DNA from: Anaeromyxobacteraceae bacterium
Lineage (GTDB): Bacteria > Myxococcota > Myxococcia > Myxococcales > Anaeromyxobacteraceae
Reading direction: 5' to 3'
Length of the DNA: 64,000 nucleotides
Assembly (NCBI GenBank): GCA_047602405.1
Contig: JASGHJ010000002.1
Span: 1,888,001 to 1,952,000 of the forward strand
The notes under the pieces are model-generated. The model made no database searches. It was given only the letters and a program-made list of their open reading frames with translations, and had not been told where the DNA came from. The position numbers and the translations under genes are program-made. The first letter of the stretch is position 1, and each line of letters starts with the position of its first letter. This document shows, piece after piece, positions 48,518-57,380 of this stretch.

Positions 48518-49575
48518 GGTGGGGTCTCCGGGAGCAGCCCGGCGCGGGCCTTCGCGAGGAGCACGCGCCGCACGCTCTCGTCGAGCCGGGGCTCGAGCTC
48601 GGGCCGGGCGCGCACGAGGTCGGCGAGGACCCGGCGCACGTCGGGGCGGCCGGGCCACTCGACGGGGGTCGTCACGAGGAGGAGGTCGTTGCCGGCGAGG
48701 AACGCGCGGCGCCAGAGCTCGGCGGGGTCCCCGCCGGTCACGGCGAGGAGGTTCGGCACCGCGAGGTCGTCGGTGATGGTGAGGAACCCCGCGAGGTGGG
48801 CGCGGGCCACGATCTCGGGCGACAGGCACGCCGGGACCCCGCCGTAGGCCGCGAAGCCCACGTTCGCCATCATCACCCCGGTGAGCTCCTCGGAGGCCGC
48901 CACGAACGCCGCCTGCTGCCGGGCGACCTCCTGCGGGCTGCGGTCCACGATGAGGAGCGCCTGGTCGGACGAGCCCGGCACCGGCCCGTAGCCCGGGTAG
49001 TGCTTGCCGAACGCGAGCACGCCCGCCGACCCGAGCCCCCGGGCGAAGGCCCGCCCGAGCCGGGCGACCCGCGTGGCGTCGCCGCCGAGGGACCGGCCGG
49101 ACTCCGCCATGAAGCCCGTCTCCGCGAGATCGAGCACCGGCCCGAGGCTCGTGTTCACGCCCAGCGCGGCGAGGTCGAGGCCGGCGCGGCGGCCCCACGC
49201 CTCCGCCTCCCAGGCGCCCTCGTCGCCCATGTCGCGCGCGGACGGCAGCGCCGCGAGCGTGCGGACGGCGCGGAACCGGTTGAGGTCGCCCCCCTCGAGG
49301 TCGACGGCGACGAGCAGCGGGATCGTCGCGCGGGCCCCGAGGCCGCGCACCCGCTCGCCGACCGCCACGGGGTCCCGCAGGAGCTTCCCGAGCAGGATGA
49401 CGCCGCCCTGCGCGACCGGCCCGTCGCCCGCCGGCGGGTACGCCACGACGAGCTGCGCCACCTTCTCCTCGAGGTCCAGCCCGGCGAGGACCCGCTCCGC
49501 GGCGGCCCGCTCGCGCTCGCCCGCGGGCGTGCGCGAGAGCGTCAGGGCGAGGGCGGCGAGCGCGGCGAGGGTCAC
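48514..49575 (-). CDS. GH3 N-terminal domain protein (NagZ-like)
   Basis: AVDLEGG..NR, GVN...PVLDL, RSLG, KHYPGYG, ITDDL, AGND. Confidence 0.85.
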   Translation of the reverse strand: MTLAALAALALTLSRTPAGERERAAAERVLAGLDLEEKVAQLVVAYPPAGDGPVAQGGVILLGKLLRDPVAVGERVRGLGARATIPLLVAVDLEGGDLNRFRAVRTLAALPSARDMGDEGAWEAEAWGRRAGLDLAALGVNTSLGPVLDLAETGFMAESGRSLGGDATRVARLGRAFARGLGSAGVLAFGKHYPGYGPVPGSSDQALLIVDRSPQEVARQQAAFVAASEELTGVMMANVGFAAYGGVPACLSPEIVARAHLAGFLTITDDLAVPNLLAVTGGDPAELWRRAFLAGNDLLLVTTPVEWPGRPDVRRVLADLVRARPELEPRLDESVRRVLLAKARAGLLPETPP

Positions 49576-49694
49576 GGCCCGAGTGAAACCCGGCCGCCCC
49601 GCGCGAGCAAGTCGTTTGCCCCCGGCGCACCGAGGTGGGTCCGGAGTCTCCGGCCGCCCCCCCCAGGGGCCCTGGGGTAGACTATCCCCTCCCG

Positions 49695-51512
49695 GTGAAC
49701 ACGCCGCCCGCCACGCCCACGCCGCCCACCCGGCCGAGCCTGCGCGCCGGGCTCTTCGTGCGCCTCGTGGCGCTCGCCGCGGCGCTGAGCCTGCCCCCGC
49801 TCGCGCTCCTCGCCTTCGTCCTCGTCGACATCAACGCCCGGGCCCTGCGGAACGACGCCCGCGAGCTGCACCTCGCCCTCGCGGCGGACGTCCGGCGCGC
49901 GCTCCGCGCCGAGCTCGCCCGGAGCGGCGACGAGCTCGCGGCGGTGGGGCTCCTCCTCCTCGGCCCCGGGGTGGGGGACGACCGCGAGCGCCTGGCGCTG
50001 GTGGGCTCGCGCCTGGGCGCCTCCGGCACCTTCGACCACGTCACGGTCTACGCCCCCGACGGCGCGCGCGGGCCCACCGTGAAGGTGAAGGAGGCCCCCC
50101 TGCCGACCCTGCCCGGGCGGCTGCCCGCGGAGCTCCTGCGCGCCGCCGCCTCTAACGCGAGCGGGCTCGTGGGCCTCGCGGCGGGCGAGGTCGTCCCGAC
50201 CGCGCGCGGGCCAGCGCTCGAGCTCGTCCGGGAGCTCCGCGTCGACGGCCAGCCGCGCGGCTTCATCGCCGGGCGGCTCCCGCTCGCGGGCCTGGCGCGG
50301 CTCCTGACCGAGCTCGGCGAGACCCGCCTCGGCGACGCCTCGGCCATCTACGTGCTCGCCGAGGGCCGGCGCCTCGTGCTCGCCGCGGACCTGGCGCGGG
50401 TGGAGCGCGCCGAGCGCGTGCCGGAGGGCGGCATCCTCGCGGCGCTCGACCCCGGGACGACCTTCCGGCAACCCTTCGGGCTCTCGCCCGAGTACGACGC
50501 CGGCGGCGAGGCGCGCGTCGGCGCGCTGGAGACGGTCCCCGAGCTCGGCTGGGCCGTCGTGGTGGAGCGGCCGCGCGCCGTCGCCTACGCGTCGCTCGCC
50601 TCCATGCGGCGGTCGGTGGCCATCGGGCTCGCGGGCGCGGCCCTCCTCGCCGTCGTGGGCGCCCTGCTCGCGGCGCGCCGGCTCTCGCGGCCCATCCGCG
50701 CCCTCGTCCGGGCCACCCGCGAGATCGGCGAGCGCCGCTACCAGCCGGTGCCCGCGCTCGTCTCCGGCCGCGGCGACGAGCTCGGCGAGCTCGGGCGCGC
50801 CATGGACGACATGTCCGACGCGCTCGCCCGCTCCGAGGCGCGCCTCGTCACCGAGACCCGCGTCCGCGGTGCCCTCTCCCGCTACCTCGCGCCGGACGTG
50901 GTGGAGCGCGCGGTGCGCGAGCCGGAGGCCCTGAAGCTCGGCGGCGAGCGCCGCGAGGTCACCGTGCTCTTCGCCGACGTGGTGGGGTTCACCCGCCTCA
51001 CGGAGCGGCTGCCGCCCGAGGCGGTCGTCGCGATCCTGAACGACCTCTTCACGTTCGCGACCGAGATCGTCGAGCGGCGCGGCGGGATGGTCGACAAGTT
51101 CATCGGCGACTGCGTCATGGCGGTGTGGGGCTCGCCCGCGCCGGCGCCCGACGACGCGCTGCGCGCGGTCCTCGCCGCGGCAGACCTCAGGCGCTGGCTC
51201 GAGACCGCGAACCGCCGCTGGCGCCAGCGGTACGCCGTCGAGGTCCACCTCGCCATGGGCCTCCACTCCGGCGAGGCCGTCGCGGGCAACCTCGGCAGCG
51301 AGCGCCGCATGGACTACACGGTCATCGGCGGCGTCGTGAACCAGGCGGCGCGCCTCGAGGCGCTCGCCGCCCCGGGGCAGATCCTGGTCTCGCCCACCAC
51401 GCGCGAGCGCGCGCTGCGGGCCGCGGCGCCGGCCGGGCCGCGGGTGGAGCTCGCCGCGTGCCCGCCGCCCGCCGGCGCCGGCTTCCCCGAGGTCTTCGAG
51501 GTGCCCGCGTGA
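49695..51512 (+). CDS. Membrane adenylate cyclase (periplasmic Cache-like sensor, HAMP, class III cyclase)
   Basis: Two TMs, HAMP RGDELGEL, TVLFADVVGFT, DKFIGDCVM, DYTVIGGVVNQAARLE (Lys/Asp pair typical of ATP specificity). Confidence 0.92.
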   Translation: MNTPPATPTPPTRPSLRAGLFVRLVALAAALSLPPLALLAFVLVDINARALRNDARELHLALAADVRRALRAELARSGDELAAVGLLLLGPGVGDDRERLALVGSRLGASGTFDHVTVYAPDGARGPTVKVKEAPLPTLPGRLPAELLRAAASNASGLVGLAAGEVVPTARGPALELVRELRVDGQPRGFIAGRLPLAGLARLLTELGETRLGDASAIYVLAEGRRLVLAADLARVERAERVPEGGILAALDPGTTFRQPFGLSPEYDAGGEARVGALETVPELGWAVVVERPRAVAYASLASMRRSVAIGLAGAALLAVVGALLAARRLSRPIRALVRATREIGERRYQPVPALVSGRGDELGELGRAMDDMSDALARSEARLVTETRVRGALSRYLAPDVVERAVREPEALKLGGERREVTVLFADVVGFTRLTERLPPEAVVAILNDLFTFATEIVERRGGMVDKFIGDCVMAVWGSPAPAPDDALRAVLAAADLRRWLETANRRWRQRYAVEVHLAMGLHSGEAVAGNLGSERRMDYTVIGGVVNQAARLEALAAPGQILVSPTTRERALRAAAPAGPRVELAACPPPAGAGFPEVFEVPA

Positions 51513-52825
51513 GGCCGCGGATCCCGGGGCCCGGCGACCTCCTCGGCGGCCGGTACCGCGTGCGGAACCAGCTCGGGGCCGGCGGCACCGGCACGGTGTT
51601 CGAGGCCGTCCAGGAGGGGCTCGAGCGCCGGGTGGCGCTGAAGCTCCTCCACGCGCACGTCGCCGCGGTGCCGGGCGCGCCGGAGCGCTTCCGGCGCGAG
51701 GGCATCATCATGGCCCGGCTGCGCCACCCGAACGCCGTCGAGGTCTACGAGTGGGGCGACGACGCGGGCACGCTCTTCCTCGCCATGGAGCTCCTCGAGG
51801 GCCTCCCGCTCGACGACCTCGTCTACCGGTCGGGGGCCCTGCCCATCGCCCGGATCGCCGGGCTCGTCGCGCAGGTGCTGGACGTGCTCGACGCCGCCCA
51901 CGCGCTCGGGATCATCCACCGCGACCTCAAGCCGTCGAACCTGATGGTCTGCCGGGGCGCCTCGGGCGACCGGGTGAAGCTCCTCGACCTCGGCCTCGCG
52001 ACCGTGGTGGGCGACACCGCCCTCGCGCGGCTCACGCAGAGCGGCGCGCTCACCGGGACGCCGGCCTACATGTCCCCGGAGCAGAGCCGCGCCGAGCCGG
52101 TGGACGCGCGCTCCGACCTCTACGCCCTCGGGTGCGTCCTCTACGAGCTCGTCACCGGGCAGCCGCCCTTCGGGGACGCGCCGACCATGGACGTGCTCGC
52201 CGGCCACGTCTACCGCCCGGCGCGACCGCCCTCCGACGTGCGGGCCGACCGGGGCGTCCCGCTCGCGCTCGAGCGCGTGATCCTGCGGGCGCTCGCGAAG
52301 CGCCCGGTGGACCGGCCGCAGTCCGCCGCCGCGATGAAGCGGGAGCTCCTCGCCGCGATGACGGAGCCGGCCGGCGCGACGCCGGTCCGCGCCGCCCGGG
52401 CCTCCCCGCGGACGCCGCCCTCCCCCTGGATCCCCGAGGCCACGCCGGGCGCCGCGGCCGCCCCGGTGGGCGTGCTCGCCCTCGCCCCGGGCGGCGGGGC
52501 GCGCGAGGACGCCGACGAGGGCGTGCTCACCGCGCTCGGCGCCTCCGGGCTCGACGCCCGCCCCATCCGCCGCGACGCCCCGCCCGCCGCCTGGTCGTGC
52601 GTGCTCGTGGTCGCGGCCGCCGGCGGGGCCTTCGCCGTCGACGCCGCCCGCGCCTTCGCGGCCGCGCCGGGGGCCCCTCCGGTGCTGCTCTGCGGCCCGG
52701 AGGACGACTTCCCGCTCATGACCGCCGCCATCCAGGCCGGCCTCTTCGACTACGTGCCGCTCCCGCTCGATCCCGCAGACCTCCTGCGCAAGGTGACCCG
52801 TGCCCAGCGCCAAGCCCAGCCCTGA
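51509..52825 (+). CDS. Ser/Thr protein kinase with C-terminal receiver-like domain
   Basis: LGAGGTGTV, VALK, HRDLKPSN, DLG, GTPAYMSPEQ, SDLYALG. C-terminal PVLLCG...AGLFDYVPLPLDPADL. Confidence 0.92.
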   Translation: MRPRIPGPGDLLGGRYRVRNQLGAGGTGTVFEAVQEGLERRVALKLLHAHVAAVPGAPERFRREGIIMARLRHPNAVEVYEWGDDAGTLFLAMELLEGLPLDDLVYRSGALPIARIAGLVAQVLDVLDAAHALGIIHRDLKPSNLMVCRGASGDRVKLLDLGLATVVGDTALARLTQSGALTGTPAYMSPEQSRAEPVDARSDLYALGCVLYELVTGQPPFGDAPTMDVLAGHVYRPARPPSDVRADRGVPLALERVILRALAKRPVDRPQSAAAMKRELLAAMTEPAGATPVRAARASPRTPPSPWIPEATPGAAAAPVGVLALAPGGGAREDADEGVLTALGASGLDARPIRRDAPPAAWSCVLVVAAAGGAFAVDAARAFAAAPGAPPVLLCGPEDDFPLMTAAIQAGLFDYVPLPLDPADLLRKVTRAQRQAQP

Positions 52826-54653
52826 CCGCGCCCGCCGGCTCGCCGGCGTGCTGCTCGCCGCCGTGCTCGCCCTCCCCGCCGCCGCGCCCGCCAGACCGCC
52901 CGACACGTGGGTCGTGAAGCCGGGCGAGACCTGCGTCGGCATCGCGCGCGTCGTGTTCGGCAACGGCAAGGCGGGCCTCGCGCGCCTCCACGCCCTCAAC
53001 CCGCAGCTCGGCCCGCAGCCGCACCGGCTCGTCCCGGGCAGCGTGCTCCGCCTCGCCGACGCGCCCGTCGCCGAGCTCACGCTCGTGCGCCCCCGCGTCG
53101 AGGCGCGCGCGCCCGGCGCCACCGAGTGGTCGCCCGCGTCGCAGGGGCTGGGCCTCCAGCCCCGCTCGCAGGTGACCACGCTCGAGCGCGCCGGCGCCGA
53201 GGTCACCTTCGCGGACACCTCGCGGCTCGTGCTCCGCGAGAACGCGTTCGCCATCATCTACGGCCCGCTCGCCTCGGCCGCGCGCTCGCCGGACCGCTCG
53301 GGCCAGGTCGAGCTCGTGCAGGGCGAGGCCTCGGTGTCCCTCGCGGCGCTGCGGGGCGAGACCGCCCGGGTGGCGACGCCCGGCGCGAGCCTGTCGGCCG
53401 CCTCCCGCGAGGTGGTGGTGGCCGTGGACGGCCCCATGAGCCGGGTCTCCGTGCTCGACGGCCGCGCCGAGGTCTCCGCGCGCGGCAGGGCCGTGGCGCT
53501 CCGCGAGGGCGAGGGCACGCGCGTCGAACAGGGCAAGGCGCCCGAGCCGGCCCGGAAGCTCCCCGCCGCGCCCGAGCTCGCCGGGGCGGCCCGCCGGGTG
53601 CTGCTCTCCGGGGAAGGCCCCGGCAAGGAGCTGCGCCTCGGCTGGGCCCCGGTGCCGGGAGCGGCCCGGTACCGCGTCGAGGTGGCGCGCGACGAGCGCT
53701 TCGCGGACCGGGTCGCGGTGCTGGACCTCGCGGCCTCCGCCGCGCCCGAGGCGGTCGTCCCGGGCCTCGCGCCCGGACGGCTGCGCGCCCGCGTGCGCGC
53801 CGTGGACGCCGCCGGGCTCGTGGGCCCGGCGTCCGCGCCGGCGATCGTGGACGTGGTCGCGCTGCGCATCGAGCGCGGCGAGCCCGGCGCCGACGGCGTG
53901 GTCCGGGGCGAGCAGGAGGTGCGGCTCGCGCTCGAGGCGCCGCAGGGCGTCGAGGACCTCGTGCTCACCGTGGACGGGAAGCCGGACCGCTCTCCGGTCA
54001 CGCTCGCCACGCCGGGGCGGCACGCGGTCCGCGTCGGGATCCCGGGCGCGCCCGCGGGCGAGGGCGTGGGCCTCGCCGCGGACGTGGTGGGCCCGCCGCC
54101 CGCGCCGCCGGCGCCGCCGCCGGCCTCCCCGCCCCCCGCCGCGCCCGCGGAGCCCTCGGGGCCGGTGGTCGAGGCCCGGGTCGCCGTCGTGTCCGGACAC
54201 GGTCCGGCGGCGCAGGGGAGCCCGCTCTCGAGCCACGCGGCCGTCGAGCTGCACGCCGGGTGGAGGGTGTCGCGGGTGCTCGCGCTCACCTTGTACGGGT
54301 CGCACGGGCCCGGGGCGCTCGGGTTCGGGGCGTGCCCGGCGGCCGGCTGCGGCTCGACGAGCGCGGCGGGCTTCGAGGCTGAATTCTCGCTCGCGCCGGG
54401 CGCCGCCTCGAACCCGTGGATCGGGCTCGGAGCGGGGCTGTCGTGGATCCAGCCGCCGACCGGGACGCCGCAGCGGAGCACCACGCTGCTCAGGACCCGT
54501 ATCGGGGTGACCTCGGAGATCGCGCGAGGGCTCGCCGTCGGCCCGTGGTTCGGCTGGAGCTTCGAGCGGCCGGAGGCGTCGGCCGGGTCCAGCCGGTCGC
54601 TGCACGGGTGGATCGCGGTCGGGGTGAGCGGCGCATGGGAAGGGCGCAGGTAG
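52800..54653 (+). CDS. Exported LysM + FecR + FN3-like + C-terminal beta-barrel-like protein
   Basis: Signal peptide, WVVKPGETC..IA...NPQL...LVPG.VLRL (LysM), VTT..AGAEVTFADTSRLVL (FecR), W.PVPGAARYRVEVARDERF (FN3), Pro linker, amphipathic strands. Confidence 0.8.
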   Translation: MPSAKPSPDRARRLAGVLLAAVLALPAAAPARPPDTWVVKPGETCVGIARVVFGNGKAGLARLHALNPQLGPQPHRLVPGSVLRLADAPVAELTLVRPRVEARAPGATEWSPASQGLGLQPRSQVTTLERAGAEVTFADTSRLVLRENAFAIIYGPLASAARSPDRSGQVELVQGEASVSLAALRGETARVATPGASLSAASREVVVAVDGPMSRVSVLDGRAEVSARGRAVALREGEGTRVEQGKAPEPARKLPAAPELAGAARRVLLSGEGPGKELRLGWAPVPGAARYRVEVARDERFADRVAVLDLAASAAPEAVVPGLAPGRLRARVRAVDAAGLVGPASAPAIVDVVALRIERGEPGADGVVRGEQEVRLALEAPQGVEDLVLTVDGKPDRSPVTLATPGRHAVRVGIPGAPAGEGVGLAADVVGPPPAPPAPPPASPPPAAPAEPSGPVVEARVAVVSGHGPAAQGSPLSSHAAVELHAGWRVSRVLALTLYGSHGPGALGFGACPAAGCGSTSAAGFEAEFSLAPGAASNPWIGLGAGLSWIQPPTGTPQRSTTLLRTRIGVTSEIARGLAVGPWFGWSFERPEASAGSSRSLHGWIAVGVSGAWEGRR

Positions 54654-54660
54654 GTCCGCC

Positions 54661-55338
54661 GTGTACGCACGCACCGAGCGCCCGCTCACCGAAGCCGAGC
54701 AACGGCGCCTCCGCAGGCAGCTCGCGAGGAAGTCCCGACGATCGCTGGCCTCGCCCAGGCCCTGGATCGCCAGCCTCGTCGTCTTCGGCGTGCTCTGGGC
54801 GGCGACCGTGCTCGCCACGGGCCGGGTCCTCTGGCCCACGGTCCTGTGGGGGGCGGCCGCGCTCCTCATGCCCCTCTGGATGGACCGGGACGAGCGCCTC
54901 GAGGCCCGCGCGCGTCGCCGCCGGCTCGAGGGTGCGCTGGCTGCGAACCGTGCGGAGGAGCACCGCGTGACGGCCACCGCGGCCGTGCTGCTCGAGGAGG
55001 TCGAGGATCTCGGCGAGGCCTGGGCCTTCCAGGTCGAGCCCGACCGGCTCCTGCTCCTCGGGCCGCGCCAGGCCCTGCCGCGCGGCTTCCCGAGTGACGA
55101 CTTCTCCTACACGAAGTGCCGCGACGCGGAGGGGGCGGTCGTCGAGGAGTGGTTCACGCTGCGCGGCGAGCCGCTCGCTCCGGCGCGCCGGATCCCGGCC
55201 GCGGTCCAGCCCGGGCTCGCGTTCCCTGGCGAGCTCGAGCTCCTCGAGGGGCGGCTGGACCGGCTCGAGGACCTCCTCCGCCCCGCCCGCTCGATCACCC
55301 CACCGCGGCCGCCACCCCCGCCGGCAACCGCATGCTGA
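54661..55338 (+). CDS. Hypothetical membrane protein
   Basis: Two adjacent TM segments followed by a soluble domain. Confidence 0.6.
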   Translation: MYARTERPLTEAEQRRLRRQLARKSRRSLASPRPWIASLVVFGVLWAATVLATGRVLWPTVLWGAAALLMPLWMDRDERLEARARRRRLEGALAANRAEEHRVTATAAVLLEEVEDLGEAWAFQVEPDRLLLLGPRQALPRGFPSDDFSYTKCRDAEGAVVEEWFTLRGEPLAPARRIPAAVQPGLAFPGELELLEGRLDRLEDLLRPARSITPPRPPPPPATAC

Positions 55339-56131
55339 CCCTCGTCCCCTTCCCCGGCGCGGAGGCGATCTCGAGCGTGCCGCCCATCAGCTCGACGCGC
55401 TCCTGCATGCCGGCGAGCCCGAGGTGCCCGCCGGCCTCGGACCGCGAGCGCATCGCGGGCACGTCGAACCCCGCCCCGTCGTCGGAGACGACCACGACGA
55501 GCGCGGAGCCCTCCTCGCCGACCGACACCGCGAGCTCCTTCGCGGCGGCGTGCCTGAGCACGTTCGTCACCGCCTCCTGCACGACCCGGAACACGGTGAT
55601 CTCGACGTCCGGCGGGTACCGATCGAGCCCGGCAGGGAGCTCGATCCGCATCTGGATGCCGGAGCGGCGCCGGACCGCCTCGAGCCAGCCCTCGAGCGCG
55701 ACGCGCAGGCCACGCTCGTCCAGCAGCGGCGGCCGCAGGTCGAGCGAGATCCCGCGCACCCGGGCGATGAGCCGGTCGAGGAGCCCGATGGTGTCGGTGA
55801 GGCTCGCGACCTTGGGCGCCGGCGTGGACGGGCGCTTCAGGAGCTGCAGGTTGATCTTCGCGGCCGTGAGCTCCTGGCCGATCTCGTCGTGGAGCTCCCG
55901 GGCGATGCGGCGGCGCTCGTCCTCGCGGACCGCCTCGAGGCGGCGGCTGAGGTCCCGCAGGCGCTCGTAGGCGCGCTCGAGCTCGGCCGTGCGCGCCTTG
56001 AGCTCGCGGACCCGGTACCGGTACGCGAGGTACGCGACCGTGATCACGAGGATCGCGAAGGACGCGCGCACCGGCCACGGAAAGAGGACGAAGTCGCCCG
56101 GCGGGACCGACCAGTTCAAGGCCGGCATCAT
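55295..56131 (-). CDS. NarX-like (HisKA_3) histidine kinase with a single TM and no sensor domain
   Basis: ERRRIARELHDEIGQ, LRP..LD..GL, QEAVTNVLRHA, DDGAGF, GLAGMQER. ATGA overlap with rsmI. Confidence 0.9.
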   Translation of the reverse strand: MMPALNWSVPPGDFVLFPWPVRASFAILVITVAYLAYRYRVRELKARTAELERAYERLRDLSRRLEAVREDERRRIARELHDEIGQELTAAKINLQLLKRPSTPAPKVASLTDTIGLLDRLIARVRGISLDLRPPLLDERGLRVALEGWLEAVRRRSGIQMRIELPAGLDRYPPDVEITVFRVVQEAVTNVLRHAAAKELAVSVGEEGSALVVVVSDDGAGFDVPAMRSRSEAGGHLGLAGMQERVELMGGTLEIASAPGKGTRVSMRLPAGVAAAVG

Positions 56132-56976
56132 ACCCCGTGCTTGATCCGCTCGAGGGCCGCGTACACCTCGTGCCGCACGAGCCCGCGCGCGCGCGCGACC
56201 TCCTTCGCGATCGCCGTCGGCGGCTCGCCCGCCGCGACGCGGCGCCGGAGCTCGTCCTCGAGCGGCTCGACCGCGACCTCGGGGGCGTGCGCCGCCGCGC
56301 CCTCCGCCGGCGGGCCGACCACGAGGGTCACCTCGCCCTTCACCTCGCCCGCGAAGCGCGCGGCGAGGGCCGTGAGCGTGCCCCGCGCGAGCTCCTCGTG
56401 GACCTTCGTGAGCTCGCGCGCGACCACCGCCGGGCGGTCGCCGAGCGCCTCGGCGAGGTCGAGGAGCGTGTCGCGGGTGCGGTTGCCGGCCTCGTAGAGC
56501 ACGAGCGTGCACGGGAGCGAGGCGAGCCACCGGAGCGCGTCGGCGCGGGCCCCGCCCTTGCGCGGCAGGAAGCCTGCGAAGGTGAACCGGTCGGCGGGCA
56601 GGCCCGAGCCGGCGAGGGCGGCGAGCGCGGCGCTCGGGCCGGGCACGGGCACCACCGTCGCGCCCGCCTCCCAGGCGGCCGCCACGAGCGCGGCGCCGGG
56701 GTCGGAGACGCCGGGGGTGCCGGCGTCGGTGCAGAGCGCCACCTCCTCGCCCGCGGCGAGCCGGTCGAGCACCGGCCCGAGCCGGGCCCGCTCGTCGAAC
56801 GCCGGGAGCGAGACCAGCGCGGGCGCCGGCGCGCCGAGGTGGGCGTAGAGCTTGCGGGTGCGGCGGGTGTCCTCGGCGGCGACCGCGGTCACGCGCCGGA
56901 GCACCTCGGCGGCCCGCGGCGAGAGGTCGCCGAGGTTGCCGATGGGCGTCGCGAGGACCCAGAGCGTCCCGCTCAC
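56128..56976 (-). CDS. rsmI: 16S rRNA C1402 2'-O-methyltransferase
   Basis: ATPIGNLGD, AEDTR, DAGTPGVSDPG, PGPSA, RELTKVHEE. Confidence 0.96.
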   Translation of the reverse strand: MSGTLWVLATPIGNLGDLSPRAAEVLRRVTAVAAEDTRRTRKLYAHLGAPAPALVSLPAFDERARLGPVLDRLAAGEEVALCTDAGTPGVSDPGAALVAAAWEAGATVVPVPGPSAALAALAGSGLPADRFTFAGFLPRKGGARADALRWLASLPCTLVLYEAGNRTRDTLLDLAEALGDRPAVVARELTKVHEELARGTLTALAARFAGEVKGEVTLVVGPPAEGAAAHAPEVAVEPLEDELRRRVAAGEPPTAIAKEVARARGLVRHEVYAALERIKHGV

Positions 56977-57371
56977 TGCGCGCCCCCGTCGGCGTCGAAG
57001 GCGTTCCGGTGGTGGCGGACGACGGGCGCCCCCCGCCCGAGCTCGATGGCGACCACGTCGAAGCGGATGGGGCGGTCGAGGCCGCCGTGGCGCGCGGCCC
57101 AGTCGGTCGCGGCGGCGACCACCCGCAGCGCCTTGCGCCGGTCAATCGACTCCTCGGGCGTCATGGGCGCGCCGACCTCGCGGGAGCGGACCTCCACGAA
57201 GCACAGCACCGCGCCGTCCCGGCAGACGAGGTCGACCTCGCCGCGCCGCGCGCGGTGGTTCCTCGCGAGGATCTCCATGCCCTTCCCTTCCAGGTACTCC
57301 GCCGCGAGCGCCTCGGCGCGCCGGCCGGCCTCGGTGCGCTCGCCCGGGGCTCTCGAGGGGGGCCGCCGCAC
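56973..57371 (-). CDS. yraN: YraN (UPF0102) family protein
   Basis: G..AE..A..YL...ILARN.R...GEVDLV...FVEVR...RFDVV. Confidence 0.92.
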   Translation of the reverse strand: MRRPPSRAPGERTEAGRRAEALAAEYLEGKGMEILARNHRARRGEVDLVCRDGAVLCFVEVRSREVGAPMTPEESIDRRKALRVVAAATDWAARHGGLDRPIRFDVVAIELGRGAPVVRHHRNAFDADGGAQ

Positions 57372-57380
57372 GCGCGCGCC

